The notes below the pieces were generated by a model, which was not told where the DNA came from, did no database searches, and saw only the letters and a program-made list of their open reading frames with translations. Shown piece by piece: positions 21,827 to 32,121 of a stretch of DNA of 38,416 nt. The number at the start of each line of letters is the position of its first letter. Positions within the stretch are counted from its first letter, which is position 1. Origin of the DNA: an uncultured delta proteobacterium (GTDB lineage: Bacteria > Desulfobacterota > WTBG01 > CAIYCZ01); NCBI GenBank assembly GCA_963803975.1, contig CAWDOY010000056.1, positions 1 to 38,416 on the forward strand. The letters are read 5' to 3'. A program made the position numbers and the translations under genes.

Positions 21827-22699
21827 ATGAAGACCTGGCCCGTCATTTTCAGTACCTGCTGTCTGATAGTTCTTTGCATGGTGACAGATAAAGCATTGGT
21901 TGCTTTTGCAGCTGATAATGCCTTTTTTCTGGCAAACCCCTACTGGGATCAAGGTAATGCTGAATTCCAGGTATATAAAGCCGGGCTCACCCGTTATGGT
22001 ATCCGGCGTGACGGGGAGGCTAAAATTATTATCGTCAAGGAACTGTTTGACCCTGACCGGCTGGTAAAGACAAATAAGGCTGCTCCGGCAATCGAGGTCA
22101 TCAAGATGAATTATATCCAGACCGTGCCGACGGGAGTGTATGACTATTTTCAGATGGCTTCATTCTTTTTTGAACGCTCCACCGGGAAAATTATCAAATA
22201 TACTATGAGCAGCCAGGATGGCTGCGGAACCACTTTCATGGAATATGTGTACAGAAACAACAACGGGCATTTTATTTTTCACTCCTATTTTGATGATGAA
22301 GGTGACATGCAGACCGAACTGAATGTACCTGAGCCGCCGGTTTTCCATGACGCGCTGCCGCTGGTTCTGCGCTTCCGGCTTCAGGAAAAAATGTCGTACA
22401 CCCTGCAGATAGTCCAGCCCCTGATTGCCAATAAATTTACCAGACCTGCGATCACAGCGGCGCGCATCACCAATAGGCTTATTTCTCCTTACCGCATCGG
22501 GGCCAGGCAGTTCGACAGCATCTATGAAATAACCGTCGAGACCAAGGATGCCCGTGATATATTCTATTTTGAGCCGGTGTTTCCCTATCGTCTGGTAAAA
22601 TGGAAAAAGGCTAACAATGACGAACTGCTGCTGCAAAGCTCGCGTTTTTTCCCGTACTGGCAATTTAACAAGCCCGGCGATGAACAGCGTATCAAATAG
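21827..22699 (+). CDS. Hypothetical exported protein
   Basis: Signal peptide; YWDQGNAE...TGVYDY...SSQDGCG...HSYF motifs of a recalled but uncharacterised family. Confidence 0.7.
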   Translation: MKTWPVIFSTCCLIVLCMVTDKALVAFAADNAFFLANPYWDQGNAEFQVYKAGLTRYGIRRDGEAKIIIVKELFDPDRLVKTNKAAPAIEVIKMNYIQTVPTGVYDYFQMASFFFERSTGKIIKYTMSSQDGCGTTFMEYVYRNNNGHFIFHSYFDDEGDMQTELNVPEPPVFHDALPLVLRFRLQEKMSYTLQIVQPLIANKFTRPAITAARITNRLISPYRIGARQFDSIYEITVETKDARDIFYFEPVFPYRLVKWKKANNDELLLQSSRFFPYWQFNKPGDEQRIK

Positions 22700-22711
22700 A
22701 GTGGAGAGCAT

Positions 22712-23464
22712 ATGAAACGCATAGGGATACCTGTTTTGCTCATCTGCCTGATTCAGACAGGCGCCCTGGCGGTGCAAAAGCCAGATATCCACGAGCCCTG
22801 GAACCAGATACTCTCAGGTTATGTGCGTGATGGAGTTGTAAATTATAGCGGTCTTAAGGAACGCCAGGCGGACCGGCAAAAACTTAACACCTATCTTGAT
22901 ACCCTGGGCAAAGCAGATAGCAGCGCATTTTCAAAAGAAGAACTGCTCGCATTCTGGATTAACGCGTACAATGCGTTCACAATAAAGCTGATCCTTGACC
23001 ATTACCCGGTGCGCAGCATTAAGGATATTCCCCATGCATGGGAACAAAAAGCCTGGCGTGCTGCAGGGCAGCTTATGAGCCTGAATGATATAGAGAATAT
23101 CAAACTGCGCAAAGAGTTCCGCGACCCCCGGATTCACTTTGCCATAGTATGCGCCAGCAAGGGCTGCCCGGATATGCAGAACAGAGCTTACCGGGCAGCT
23201 ACGGTGCATCAGATGCTTGATGATATTGCACGGCATTTTTTCCGCCAGCCCGAGAACTTTCAAACAGAGAAGTCCGGCAGCACGCTGACCTTGCATCTCA
23301 GCCAGATATTTAAGTGGTATGGCGCTGATTTTGGACAAACCGATAAAGAGCTGATTGCCGCTATGCTCCCGTTTCTGCCAAAGGATGCAGCAGCCGCGAT
23401 TACCCGGGCCCAAAAGATTGAGATTACCTATATTGAGTATGACTGGTCACTCAATGGGGTGTGA
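22712..23464 (+). CDS. DUF547 domain exported protein
   Basis: LAFWINAYNAFTI, DPRIHFAIVCASKGCP, LSQIFKWY..DF, YDWSLN. Confidence 0.93.
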   Translation: MKRIGIPVLLICLIQTGALAVQKPDIHEPWNQILSGYVRDGVVNYSGLKERQADRQKLNTYLDTLGKADSSAFSKEELLAFWINAYNAFTIKLILDHYPVRSIKDIPHAWEQKAWRAAGQLMSLNDIENIKLRKEFRDPRIHFAIVCASKGCPDMQNRAYRAATVHQMLDDIARHFFRQPENFQTEKSGSTLTLHLSQIFKWYGADFGQTDKELIAAMLPFLPKDAAAAITRAQKIEITYIEYDWSLNGV

Positions 23465-23521
23465 CGCGAGTAGTGTGCTCCTTGCTTTTTTGCACGCACA
23501 GATAGGATAGAGAGATATACG

Positions 23522-25009
23522 GTGGACTTGACCTTAAACTACATCATAGTCGGGGCATATTTTGTAATGCTGTTTCTGCTGATGGTGTGTTGCGTGCATC
23601 GCTACAGCATTTTGTTCCTCTATTTTAAATACAAGAAAAAAGTCAAGCCCCCTCCTTTGCTTCCCGCCCGGTTGCCTTGTGTAACAGTGCAATTACCCGT
23701 TTATAACGAGATGTATGTTGTCCGGCGGCTGATCAGCGCGACGGTTAAACTCAGGTATCCAAAAGAGCTCCTGCACATTCAGGTGCTTGACGATTCGACA
23801 GATGAAACCTCTATGATAGCCAGGCAGTTGGTTGCAGAATTGCAGGCAGCGGGATACTTGATCGACTACCTCCACCGGGAACATCGGCACGGATATAAAG
23901 CAGGCGCGCTGCAGGAAGGGCTGCAGCAGGCCCGGGGAGAGTTAATTGCCATTTTTGATGCTGACTTTGTTCCGCAGGAGGATTTCCTTCTGCAGACTGT
24001 CCCCTACTTTTCCAATCCTCAGGTCGGGATGGTGCAGGGCCGGTGGGGGCATATTAACCGCAGCTACTCATTCCTTACGCAGGTACAGGCCATGTTCCTT
24101 GATGCACATTTTATACTGGAACACAGCGCGCGGTATCTATCGGGAAGGTTTTTTAATTTTAACGGAACGGCCGGCATCTGGAGAACGGAATGTATTATTG
24201 CAGCAGGAGGCTGGCAGCATGACACGCTAACCGAAGACCTTGATTTGAGCTATCGTGCCCAGCTTAGGGGATGGAAATTTGTTTTTCTTCCCCAGGCAAT
24301 AACGCCGGCAGAGATACCGGTAGACATCAATGCATTCAAATCCCAGCAGCACCGCTGGGCAAAGGGAGGAATTGAAACAGCGCGGAAACTTTTCCCGATA
24401 ATAATTAGAAGCAATCAGACGTGGCTGGTGAAGCTTGAAGCGCTGTTTCATCTGAGCTGCAACATAAACTATCTGCTGGTTTTTATGCTTGCAGTGCTGG
24501 CATATCCTGCTCTGGTCATCCGCATAAAAATGGGATGGAGGGGCCTGTTCATTTTTGATCTCATGCTGTTCTGGGGCTCAACCGTTCCCATCGGCCTGTA
24601 CTACCTTATCTCGCAGAAAGAAGCGAGGGAACCCTGGGTGCAAAAGATTCTGTACCTCCCGTTCATCATGGCAATGGGTATTGGTTTGTGTATTAATAAT
24701 GGCAGGGGGGTGCTTGAGGCGCTTGGGGGCTATAAATCAGCATTTTTAAGAACCCCCAAATTTCAGATAGAAAATAAATCAGACCAGTGGAAATATAAAA
24801 TATATCGCGGGGACAGCAAAAACATTATGACGCTGATTGAGCTTGGGCTTGGGTTTTATTTCCTCTCCGCCATTATCTTTGCCGCGCTGTATGAAGTCTA
24901 TGATGCCATTCCTTTTTTGACGCTCTTTGCCGGAGGATTTTTTTATATTTCTTTTGTTTCCTTTTTTCAAAAATACGCTGCCTGGTCAGATATAAAAACT
25001 GCTGCTTGA
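23522..25009 (+). CDS. Processive-type GT2 membrane glycosyltransferase (cellulose-synthase-like)
   Basis: VTVQLPVYNE, QVLDDSTD, KAGAL, FDADF, TEDLDLSYR, QQHRW (QxxRW). Confidence 0.92.
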   Translation: MDLTLNYIIVGAYFVMLFLLMVCCVHRYSILFLYFKYKKKVKPPPLLPARLPCVTVQLPVYNEMYVVRRLISATVKLRYPKELLHIQVLDDSTDETSMIARQLVAELQAAGYLIDYLHREHRHGYKAGALQEGLQQARGELIAIFDADFVPQEDFLLQTVPYFSNPQVGMVQGRWGHINRSYSFLTQVQAMFLDAHFILEHSARYLSGRFFNFNGTAGIWRTECIIAAGGWQHDTLTEDLDLSYRAQLRGWKFVFLPQAITPAEIPVDINAFKSQQHRWAKGGIETARKLFPIIIRSNQTWLVKLEALFHLSCNINYLLVFMLAVLAYPALVIRIKMGWRGLFIFDLMLFWGSTVPIGLYYLISQKEAREPWVQKILYLPFIMAMGIGLCINNGRGVLEALGGYKSAFLRTPKFQIENKSDQWKYKIYRGDSKNIMTLIELGLGFYFLSAIIFAALYEVYDAIPFLTLFAGGFFYISFVSFFQKYAAWSDIKTAA

Positions 25010-25073
25010 CGCTTCTGCAAGCCCGCCGGGACGGACATTCTAAAGGTGAATTAATAGTTAGAAAGGCTGTCGC

Positions 25074-26063
25074 ATGGATACAAAATATTTCTGGATAAAT
25101 AAACACACGCAAAAACAAACCATCAATATTGTACAGATAAATCTTGGCAATCTCTGCAATCAGATTTGTTCTCATTGTCACATTGATGCATCACCAGCGG
25201 GCAATAAAAATATGGACGGGAATACAGCTCAAAAAATTGCTCGCACGATTGCCGTATCAGCCATCAAGCACGTAGAATTTACCGGGGGTGCACCGGAACT
25301 GAATCCCAATTTGAAATGGTTGATTGAAGAGCTTGTAAAAAACAACAAAAGCGTAACTGTGAGGACGAATCTTACTGTGCTTGATATGCCTGAACATGCC
25401 TTTTATATAGAGCTCTACAAAAAATATAAGGTCAAGTTAGTTGCTTCACTACCGTGCTATCTCCCGGAAAATGTTGATAAACAGAGAGGTGCTGGAGTTT
25501 ATACTAAAAGCATCGGTGTTTTAAAGAAACTTAACGCCCTGGGCTACGGAACAAACGGCCTCTCCCTTGATCTTGTCTACAATCCAACAGGAGATTTTCT
25601 GCCGCCAGAGCAAAAAAAGCTGCAGCGCGAGTATGCTCAGTTCCTAAAAGAGAACTACGGTGTTACCTTTAATGAGGTCATACCTATTACCAACGCACCC
25701 ATAGGCAGATTTAAAGAGATCCTTCGCCAGGAAAAGAAGCTCAATCATTACAGGGAATTATTGAAGAAGAGCTATAATCCGGCGACCATAGATAAACTGA
25801 TGTGCAGAAAACTGCTTTCAATTGATTGCCAGGGATATATATATGATTGTGATTTTAATCTTGCTTTAAATATCAGACTGAAAGGTTATGAACAGGTTAA
25901 ATTCTGGGATGTTGACCTTGCACGGTTTACCCCTGAAATCACCTTTGATGAACACTGCTATGCCTGCACTGCCGGAAGCGGCAGCAGCTGCCATGGAGCC
26001 CTAATCAACGTCAATGAGGCCGGGGAAGTAAAAAAAGTCACTTGCATGGGTACGGACGGGTGA
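25074..26063 (+). CDS. arsS: Radical SAM/Cys-rich protein, ArsS (arsenosugar biosynthesis)/DUF3641 family
   Basis: CNQICSHCH (CxxxCxxC), TGGAPELNP, ASLPCY, LVYNP, YDCDFN, HCYACTAGSGSSC. Confidence 0.88.
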   Translation: MDTKYFWINKHTQKQTINIVQINLGNLCNQICSHCHIDASPAGNKNMDGNTAQKIARTIAVSAIKHVEFTGGAPELNPNLKWLIEELVKNNKSVTVRTNLTVLDMPEHAFYIELYKKYKVKLVASLPCYLPENVDKQRGAGVYTKSIGVLKKLNALGYGTNGLSLDLVYNPTGDFLPPEQKKLQREYAQFLKENYGVTFNEVIPITNAPIGRFKEILRQEKKLNHYRELLKKSYNPATIDKLMCRKLLSIDCQGYIYDCDFNLALNIRLKGYEQVKFWDVDLARFTPEITFDEHCYACTAGSGSSCHGALINVNEAGEVKKVTCMGTDG

Positions 26064-27428
26064 AACAAAAACAATTTATTTTCCTGCTGCTGGCAGCGGG
26101 CCAGGGGCTCTGCTATCTGTTTCTGCTCTCTCTTGGCAATCTGAAGGAAAATATTGTTTTATGTGAGGCTGGATTTTTTGCTGCCTTTATACTGTACTGG
26201 GCCTCACTTGCCCTGTTACATATCGAACCGGCAGCAAGAGATCGCGCAACCACCCTGCCCGCTGTTGCGGGTCAATCCTCTGGCGCTGTCCCCGGTACTT
26301 CATCTTATATTATAATTATTATTTTCTGTGCATGCTGCTTTCGCTTTGTCCTGTGGATGAGCCCGCCCACATTATCGGATGATATCTACCGATATGTCTG
26401 GGAGGGAAAAATCTTTGCAGCGGGGCTGAATCCATTCACCCATGCTCCAGCTGATCAGGCGCTGTATGCTTTTCGTGATAAAGAAATATTTCCCTACATA
26501 AATCATCAGGAATTGTCTACGATCTATCCCCCGCTCAGTCTCTTCATCTTCCGGCTGTGTGCGAAATTGAGTGCTACTGTTGCAGCAATGAAGATGATGT
26601 TTATCCTGTTTGATCTGCTCACCATCGGCATACTGTTTCTCATTTTAAACGCCATGCATATTTCACCGCTCCGCGTCATTATCTATGCCTGGAACCCGCT
26701 GGTTATTATGGAGTTTGCCGGGAGCGGTCATCTGGACAGCGCGGGGATATTTTTTCTCATGCTCGCCCTATATTTTTTCATAACAGGGAGACGAGTGAGT
26801 TCGACCATTGCCCTTGTCCTCTCATTTTTAGTTAAATTTCTTTCCGGCATGTTCATACCCTTTGTGCTGGGCAAACGAAAAATACTGTATCTGCTCATTT
26901 TTGGTTTGCTGGTTGGCGTATGTTATGTTCCCTTTTTCAGTGCCGGCGATAAGCTCTTCAATTCCCTGTTCCAGTATTCCCGGAGATGGATTTTTAACGC
27001 ATCCATTTATGACCTGCTCATGCTGCTATTTCAATCCAATACTAAGGCGCGGCTTGCTGCCGCAGCTATTCTTTTAGCTGTTTTTTTCGTACTTCTTTTC
27101 AAACACTCCCGGCAGCCCGCAGATACGAGGGCAGTATATATATTTAGCACAGTATTTATTTTGATGGGATGCACGTTTGTTTTTTCGCCGGTACTTTATC
27201 CGTGGTATCTATGCTGGATCATCCCCTTGGTGGCGATAGTTCCCAACCGCGCATGGCTCATGCTCAGCGGCTCTATTTTCCTCTCATATCTTATATGGAA
27301 GGGTTATGTGGAAGCCGGCATATGGCAGGAAAACATGTGGGTAAAAATTGCCGAATACTGCGCCCTTCTACGGTCTGCTGCTATATGACGGGCTGCGAAA
27401 TTTAAACAGGAGAGATAACAGGATATGA
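26060..27428 (+). CDS. GT-C fold membrane glycosyltransferase (GT87-like), indel near the C-terminus
   Basis: LSDDIYRYVWEG, TIYPP, YAWNPLVIMEFAGSGHLD, SPVLYPWY; GTGA and ATGA overlaps with both neighbours after repair. Confidence 0.82.
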
Positions 27429-28036
27429 GCAAAAATCTGTTGATGGTGTTTGTAAAATATCCAACACCGGGGTCAGTGAAACAGCGGCTTGCGCAGCATC
27501 TGGGTAATTCTAAGGCAGCAGAAATTTATAAAAAGATTGCTGAAACGATTGTGCAAAAAATTGCTCCTGCAAGCAGTGAGGACTATATACTTGAAATATA
27601 TTTTTCTCCGCAGGAGGATGAAAAGCTGGTGAGAAGATGGTTGAAGGAGAATGAATGTTTTTCCCCGCAGCAGGGAAGCGATCTGGGAGAGCGTATGAGC
27701 AATGCATTTTTCCATGCGTTTGCTGCCGGATACACGAAGGCACTCCTTATCGGAAGCGACTGCCCTGATATCTCCCGCACTATTGTTAACCGGGGATTTA
27801 TGCTGCTTGATACGCACGACGTTGTCCTGGGGCCCGCCCATGACGGCGGCTATTATCTCATTGGCGTACGTGAGCCTATCCCAGAGCTTTTCAGTAATAT
27901 CGAGTGGGGCACTGAAAAAGTACTAAGCCAGACAATAGATAAGATTAATGCCGCAGGGTTATCTCTGGATTTGCTGCCGATGCTGCGCGATATAGATCGA
28001 ATGGAAGATCTGCAATACTATAACCTTGATTTGTAA
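27425..28036 (+). CDS. TIGR04282/DUF2064 family glycosyltransferase-like protein
   Basis: FVKYP.PGSVKQRLA, QQGSDLGERM, IGSDCP, VLGPAHDGGYYLIG, LRDID. Confidence 0.9.
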   Translation: MSKNLLMVFVKYPTPGSVKQRLAQHLGNSKAAEIYKKIAETIVQKIAPASSEDYILEIYFSPQEDEKLVRRWLKENECFSPQQGSDLGERMSNAFFHAFAAGYTKALLIGSDCPDISRTIVNRGFMLLDTHDVVLGPAHDGGYYLIGVREPIPELFSNIEWGTEKVLSQTIDKINAAGLSLDLLPMLRDIDRMEDLQYYNLDL

Positions 28037-28048
28037 CAACACCATTCC

Positions 28049-28769
28049 ATGGACAAAAACAGACTAAAAATTTCCGTCATTATTCCCGCGCTCAATGAGC
28101 AGGATGCAATCGGCCTGGTGATCAGGGACATTTCGAAAGATGTGGCGGATGAGATCATCGTGGTTGATAACGGCTCCACGGATAACACTGCAATGGTTGC
28201 TGAAAAAGCGGGAGCGCGCGTGGTGCGGGAACCACATCGCGGCTACGGCGCTGCCTGCCTGAAGGGGATTGCCAGCGTCCAGGAACCGGATATCATTGTG
28301 TTTCTTGACGGTGATTACAGCGATTACCCTGAAGAGATGGCGCGGATTGTCGCGCCCATTGTGCAGGGCACGGCAGATCTTGTCATCGGCTCGCGGCTCG
28401 CAGGCGCTGACGGAAAGGCAGTTCTTCCGCCGCAGGCATACTGGGGAAACATCCTGGCAACGCGGCTTATAAGAATGCTCTATGGTCACTGTTATACAGA
28501 CCTGGGGCCGTTCCGCGCCATACGCTGCAGCGCATTAAAACAGCTGAATATGCAGGACAGGAATTTCGGCTGGACCATAGAGATGCAGATCAAGGCGATA
28601 AAGCAGGGGTTCTCAATAAGGGAAGTTCCCGTGAGCTATCGTCCGCGCATACGGAACATCAAAAGTCAGCGGCACCCTTTCCGGCTCCGTTAAAGCAGGC
28701 GCAAAAATCCTCTACACCGTATTTTTCACACATCTTCTGAGACCAGCAGCATACCTTCGGCCACCATGA
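28049..28769 (+). CDS. GT2 glycosyltransferase (polyprenol-phosphate sugar synthase-like), indel near 28652
   Basis: VIIPALNE, VVDNGSTD, GYGAAC, FLDGDYSD, TDLGPFRAI, GWTIEMQIKA, then SKVSGT in the shifted frame. Confidence 0.9.
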
Positions 28770-28800
28770 ATAATTGATAACATCAGGTGAAAAATATGTT

Positions 28801-28844
28801 TACAAGAGTGCTATAAGAGTGTTATAAGGATACTATAAGAGGCC
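28801..28844. promoter_or_regulatory. Four 11-bp-periodic direct repeats (OmpR/PhoB-type site candidate)
   Basis: TACAAGAGTGC / TATAAGAGTGT / TATAAGGATAC / TATAAGAGGCC. Confidence 0.55.
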
Positions 28845-29161
28845 ATTCTGATACAATACTATTTTAATAATAGAAACAGTGCAGGGACCGGCTCATTTAT
28901 ATGCTTGAAAAAAATAATCGATATATAGTATAGCAGGTAAATAGTAACCACAATATAGTGATTATTTTGCGGTTTCATGAGAAAAGAAAAATCGGTCAGC
29001 AATCAAAAAACAATAAAAGATCGGGGGGAAAAGGAAAGGATAAGGATAGCGGGAAGCTGTCGGGCCTGCCGAAGCTTTTCGCATTAATTTTATAGTTATT
29101 TTTCTAAATGTCGTTTCAGGGGCAGCAGTAAAAAAAGAATCACAAAGAAAGGGAGGGTACC

Positions 29162-30481
29162 ATGAGACAGAGAAAATTCTCATTAACAACCTTTGCCGCA
29201 TGCTTAGCGGGATTAACAGCCGTTATTTTTGTACTGAGTACGTGCACGCCAGCCATGGCTGGTGAGGTGGACATCCTGGTGCGCAAGCTGGTGGAGAAGG
29301 GCATTCTTAACAAGGATGAGGGTGACAAAATTCTCCAGGAGACAAAGCAGGAAGCAGCTAAAGAGAAAGAACAGGCAGTCAAGGAAGTAAAGGCAGAGGT
29401 TGCAAAGGAAGCAAAGGAAGGGAAGTTTGGCATTATCCCCGACTGGGTAAGAAAGACCAAATTCTACGGTGATTTCAGGCTGCGCTATGAAAATATAGAT
29501 ATCATGGACTCACGCTCACAAAGCCGCGGCAGGTTCAGGGTGCGGCTTAACCTGGAGACAGAGGTTGCCAAAAACCTTAAGTTCATATTCGGCATTGCCA
29601 GCGGCTCCAATGACCCGCGCTCAACTGACCAGTCATTCACCAATGACTCTGACAAAAAGCAGATTAATATCAACTACGCCTATGTGAACTTCACGCCCTA
29701 TAAGTGGCTGAGCCTGCAGGGCGGAAAAATGCCTAACCCCATCTATACAGTTTCCCAGCTTGTCTGGGATGAAGACATAAACCCCGAAGGCGTGGCAGCA
29801 CAGATTACATATCCGGTAAATCCCTGCATTGACCTGCTGCTGAATTCAGGGGCTTTTCAGCTGAATGACAATAAGAATAACACCCCCGAAGACGCCTGGA
29901 TGTGGGTCATACAGCCGGGAGTCGTGTGGAAACCGAACAAAAAAACCCAGCTGAAAATGGCCGCGGGTTTTACCTCATTTGAAAATTTCCAGGACAACCC
30001 GCAGCAGAAATACTCGAGCGGGACAAACACCTATGTAAAAGATGGCACTGATACGGTGTACAGATATAAATATAACCTGGTGAACATGGCGGGTGAACTG
30101 GGGTTCAGGAACCCGATCCCCGCGTTTACGCCAATCCGCTATGCCGGGCTGTTTGCTGAATACACCAACAATGTTTCCACATCAAATGGCAAGAGCGGTT
30201 ATCTGACCGGCCTCACCTTCGGGGATGAAAAAGTCGTGGAGAAGTGTCAGTGGAATTTCAGGGGATCGTGGCGGCGCCTGGAGAAAAATGCCGCGCCGGA
30301 TATCCTGCCTGACTCGACCTTTTACTTTGGCTACACGGGTGTCACGGGCTATACGGCCCAGCTCAGATACGGGCTGCTTAAAAATGTCAACTTCACCACC
30401 ACCTATTTCCGTGCGTTCCAGATCAGCGGCCCGGGCAAACCCGAGAACCTGTTCCAGACGGATATGAATTTTAAATTTTAA
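29162..30481 (+). CDS. Putative porin (outer-membrane beta-barrel with N-terminal helical region)
   Basis: Signal peptide, ILVRKLVEKGIL, FYGDFRLRYE, LVWDEDINPEG, C-terminal DMNFKF. Confidence 0.88.
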   Translation: MRQRKFSLTTFAACLAGLTAVIFVLSTCTPAMAGEVDILVRKLVEKGILNKDEGDKILQETKQEAAKEKEQAVKEVKAEVAKEAKEGKFGIIPDWVRKTKFYGDFRLRYENIDIMDSRSQSRGRFRVRLNLETEVAKNLKFIFGIASGSNDPRSTDQSFTNDSDKKQININYAYVNFTPYKWLSLQGGKMPNPIYTVSQLVWDEDINPEGVAAQITYPVNPCIDLLLNSGAFQLNDNKNNTPEDAWMWVIQPGVVWKPNKKTQLKMAAGFTSFENFQDNPQQKYSSGTNTYVKDGTDTVYRYKYNLVNMAGELGFRNPIPAFTPIRYAGLFAEYTNNVSTSNGKSGYLTGLTFGDEKVVEKCQWNFRGSWRRLEKNAAPDILPDSTFYFGYTGVTGYTAQLRYGLLKNVNFTTTYFRAFQISGPGKPENLFQTDMNFKF

Positions 30482-30540
30482 CGCGCTCAACAGATATCGT
30501 TACGAAACGCTTCTTTCATTTTTCTTGACAGGAGGTTTGG

Positions 30541-30580
30541 TGATCTTCCCCCCGAAAAAATGGACGCACAGTTAAGCTAC
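30541..30580. mobile_element. Isolated IS3-family-like terminal inverted repeat (no transposase)
   Basis: TGATCTTCCCCCCGAAAAAATGGACGCACAGTTAAG resembles TG-starting IS3-family ends from recall; no matching second end found. Confidence 0.45.
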
Positions 30581-30660
30581 CACAGCCTATCTTAAAGGGC
30601 AGAAGGGGTCATCTTCAATTGTCAATTAAAATAATTTGTTTTTGAATTGAACATCAGAAT

Positions 30661-30695
30661 AAAAAACCTCTATCAGCCACACAGTCTGACAGAGG
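30661..30695 (-). terminator. Intrinsic terminator on the minus strand
   Basis: CCTCTGTCAG-9nt-CTGATAGAGG (10 bp, one G.U) followed by TTTTTT. Confidence 0.75.
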
Positions 30696-30743
30696 TCACA
30701 TTGAATCTCCCAGTAAATTATCTTCGGTGATATTAACAATCAT
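30696..30743 (-). CDS. Candidate 15-aa micropeptide MIVNITEDNLLGDSM
   Basis: AGGAGG 6 nt upstream of ATG; stop codon abuts a strong terminator. Confidence 0.4.
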   Translation of the reverse strand: MIVNITEDNLLGDSM

Positions 30744-31078
30744 GGGATACCTCCTAATACAATAAAAACTATACTCCCTTCATAATAAGCATTCAATTAA
30801 AATTAAGTGTAGATATCGATATATTGTGGTGGGTAGTAACCGCTGAAAACTGCAGCTTATGTATCAGCAGCGAAACTCGTCTGCCTGAACAACTAATGCT
30901 AAGATTGATCTGGTAAGCATCAGTGACAGTTCAGAAAAATGATAGCAGAAAGTCGCGCATATTAACCAATAAGAACCAATAAGAAGCCACCGCAATATAT
31001 AGTGAAAAAACAAAAGCGGGGTCGTTTCTGACTTCGCTTTCACAATTTGATTTTTCTCTTCTGATTTACCCTGCATAA

Positions 31079-31132
31079 TTTACACTTTTTTTACATTCCC
31101 TTCAAAATCTCTTCACATCTCTTACTTATAAT
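31079..31132 (+). promoter_or_regulatory. Pho-box-like 11-bp repeats plus -10 element
   Basis: TTTACA (31079), TTTACA (31090), TTCAAA (31101), TTCACA (31112) at 11-bp spacing, then TATAAT (31127-31132). Confidence 0.55.
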
Positions 31133-31250
31133 ATAACTAAAAATATTGAGCTGCAAAGCTCGCCCATTCATCGAAGTTCTACGGAGGATGGGCAGGGAAA
31201 AATTATTTAGTTTGCATTTCAACAACCATTAATTCCTCAGTGAGGTACTT

Positions 31251-31591
31251 ATGAAAAAATTCTTTAATGTAAGCTATCTAATTATTCTTATTTTATTGGA
31301 GTCGCAACGGTTAGGTCTGATTTTGCGCCACTACGATTTGTCGCCGTCGCAGCAAAAACAAGTGGCGACATCCTGCTCAGCACTGGAAATATTGATCGCC
31401 CGCATATAGAAATCGGGGTTATATTTGTTAAAGGCCGCTGTTTCACCAGTTTTGAAAAAGTTATGGAGGAGATGAAAGAAAAAGCCCGTGAAGTAGGGGC
31501 AGATGCCGTTATTAAGATCGAGTTTGGGGGGACATATGGATATCACTTCAGGCATTCATGCCGAGGACTGGCCGGCAGTTTTAATAAATAA
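31251..31591 (+). CDS. Small exported YbjQ/UPF0145-fold-like protein (indel in signal region; absent from ORF track)
   Basis: GAGGT RBS, MKKFF leader; shifted frame reads ...IDRPHIEIGVIFVKG...MKEKAREVGADAVIKIEF...FNK*. Confidence 0.6.
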
Positions 31592-31642
31592 AATAATCAA
31601 TAATAATTATTAACCCCAGAAGGGAAAAGGGGGAAATTATGA

Positions 31643-32028
31643 GTGTGCCAGGGAAGCTGGCATCAGCAAGCTGGGCAATCCAGCCTGAATAAAGGTTAAC
31701 CACCAGTTCAGTACGGAACTCCGCATGCAGGCCGGTAACGGGCTGCATGAAGCCGGAGGGAAGGAGGAAGTCAGCCACAACGCAAGTGAAGGTATTGAGC
31801 CCCGAAATACTCCATGTTGCACGAAGGCCAAGGGTTTCATATCTCTGAAGCCGGAAATGATAGGCGCGATAGGGTGAGCGCATCGAAACGTGCCGGGGTC
31901 TAAGTCCGTGGCGGGCGACCGAACTGTTGATGCCGGAACCTGGGAGAGCCAATCCGTTTCAAGAAGCCGCCGACAAGCCGACCAGAGGCAAGGGAGGGGT
32001 ACGCCGGATTGGCAGTCGGACTGACTTT
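31643..32028 (+). mobile_element. 5' fragment of a group II intron RNA (domain I to about II/III), no RT ORF, no domain V/VI
   Basis: Starts GTGTGC; GGTAACGG..GCATGAAGC, AGTGAAGGTATTGAGCCCCGAAA, CCGGGGTCTAAG, GGAACCTGGGAGAGCC and GGCAGTCGGA motifs typical of bacterial group II introns. Confidence 0.8.
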
Positions 32029-32121
32029 ATGATACAGTCTGTAGCAGAGATCATTTTGTTGTAGTATCGATCCGGTTGTTCTACATCGCTACCTGTTTCT
32101 TCCAGGGATACTGTTTTCCAG

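Noticed and set aside
28801..28844. CRISPR array
   Set aside because: Units are 11 bp, adjacent and have no spacers; no cas genes are in the window.
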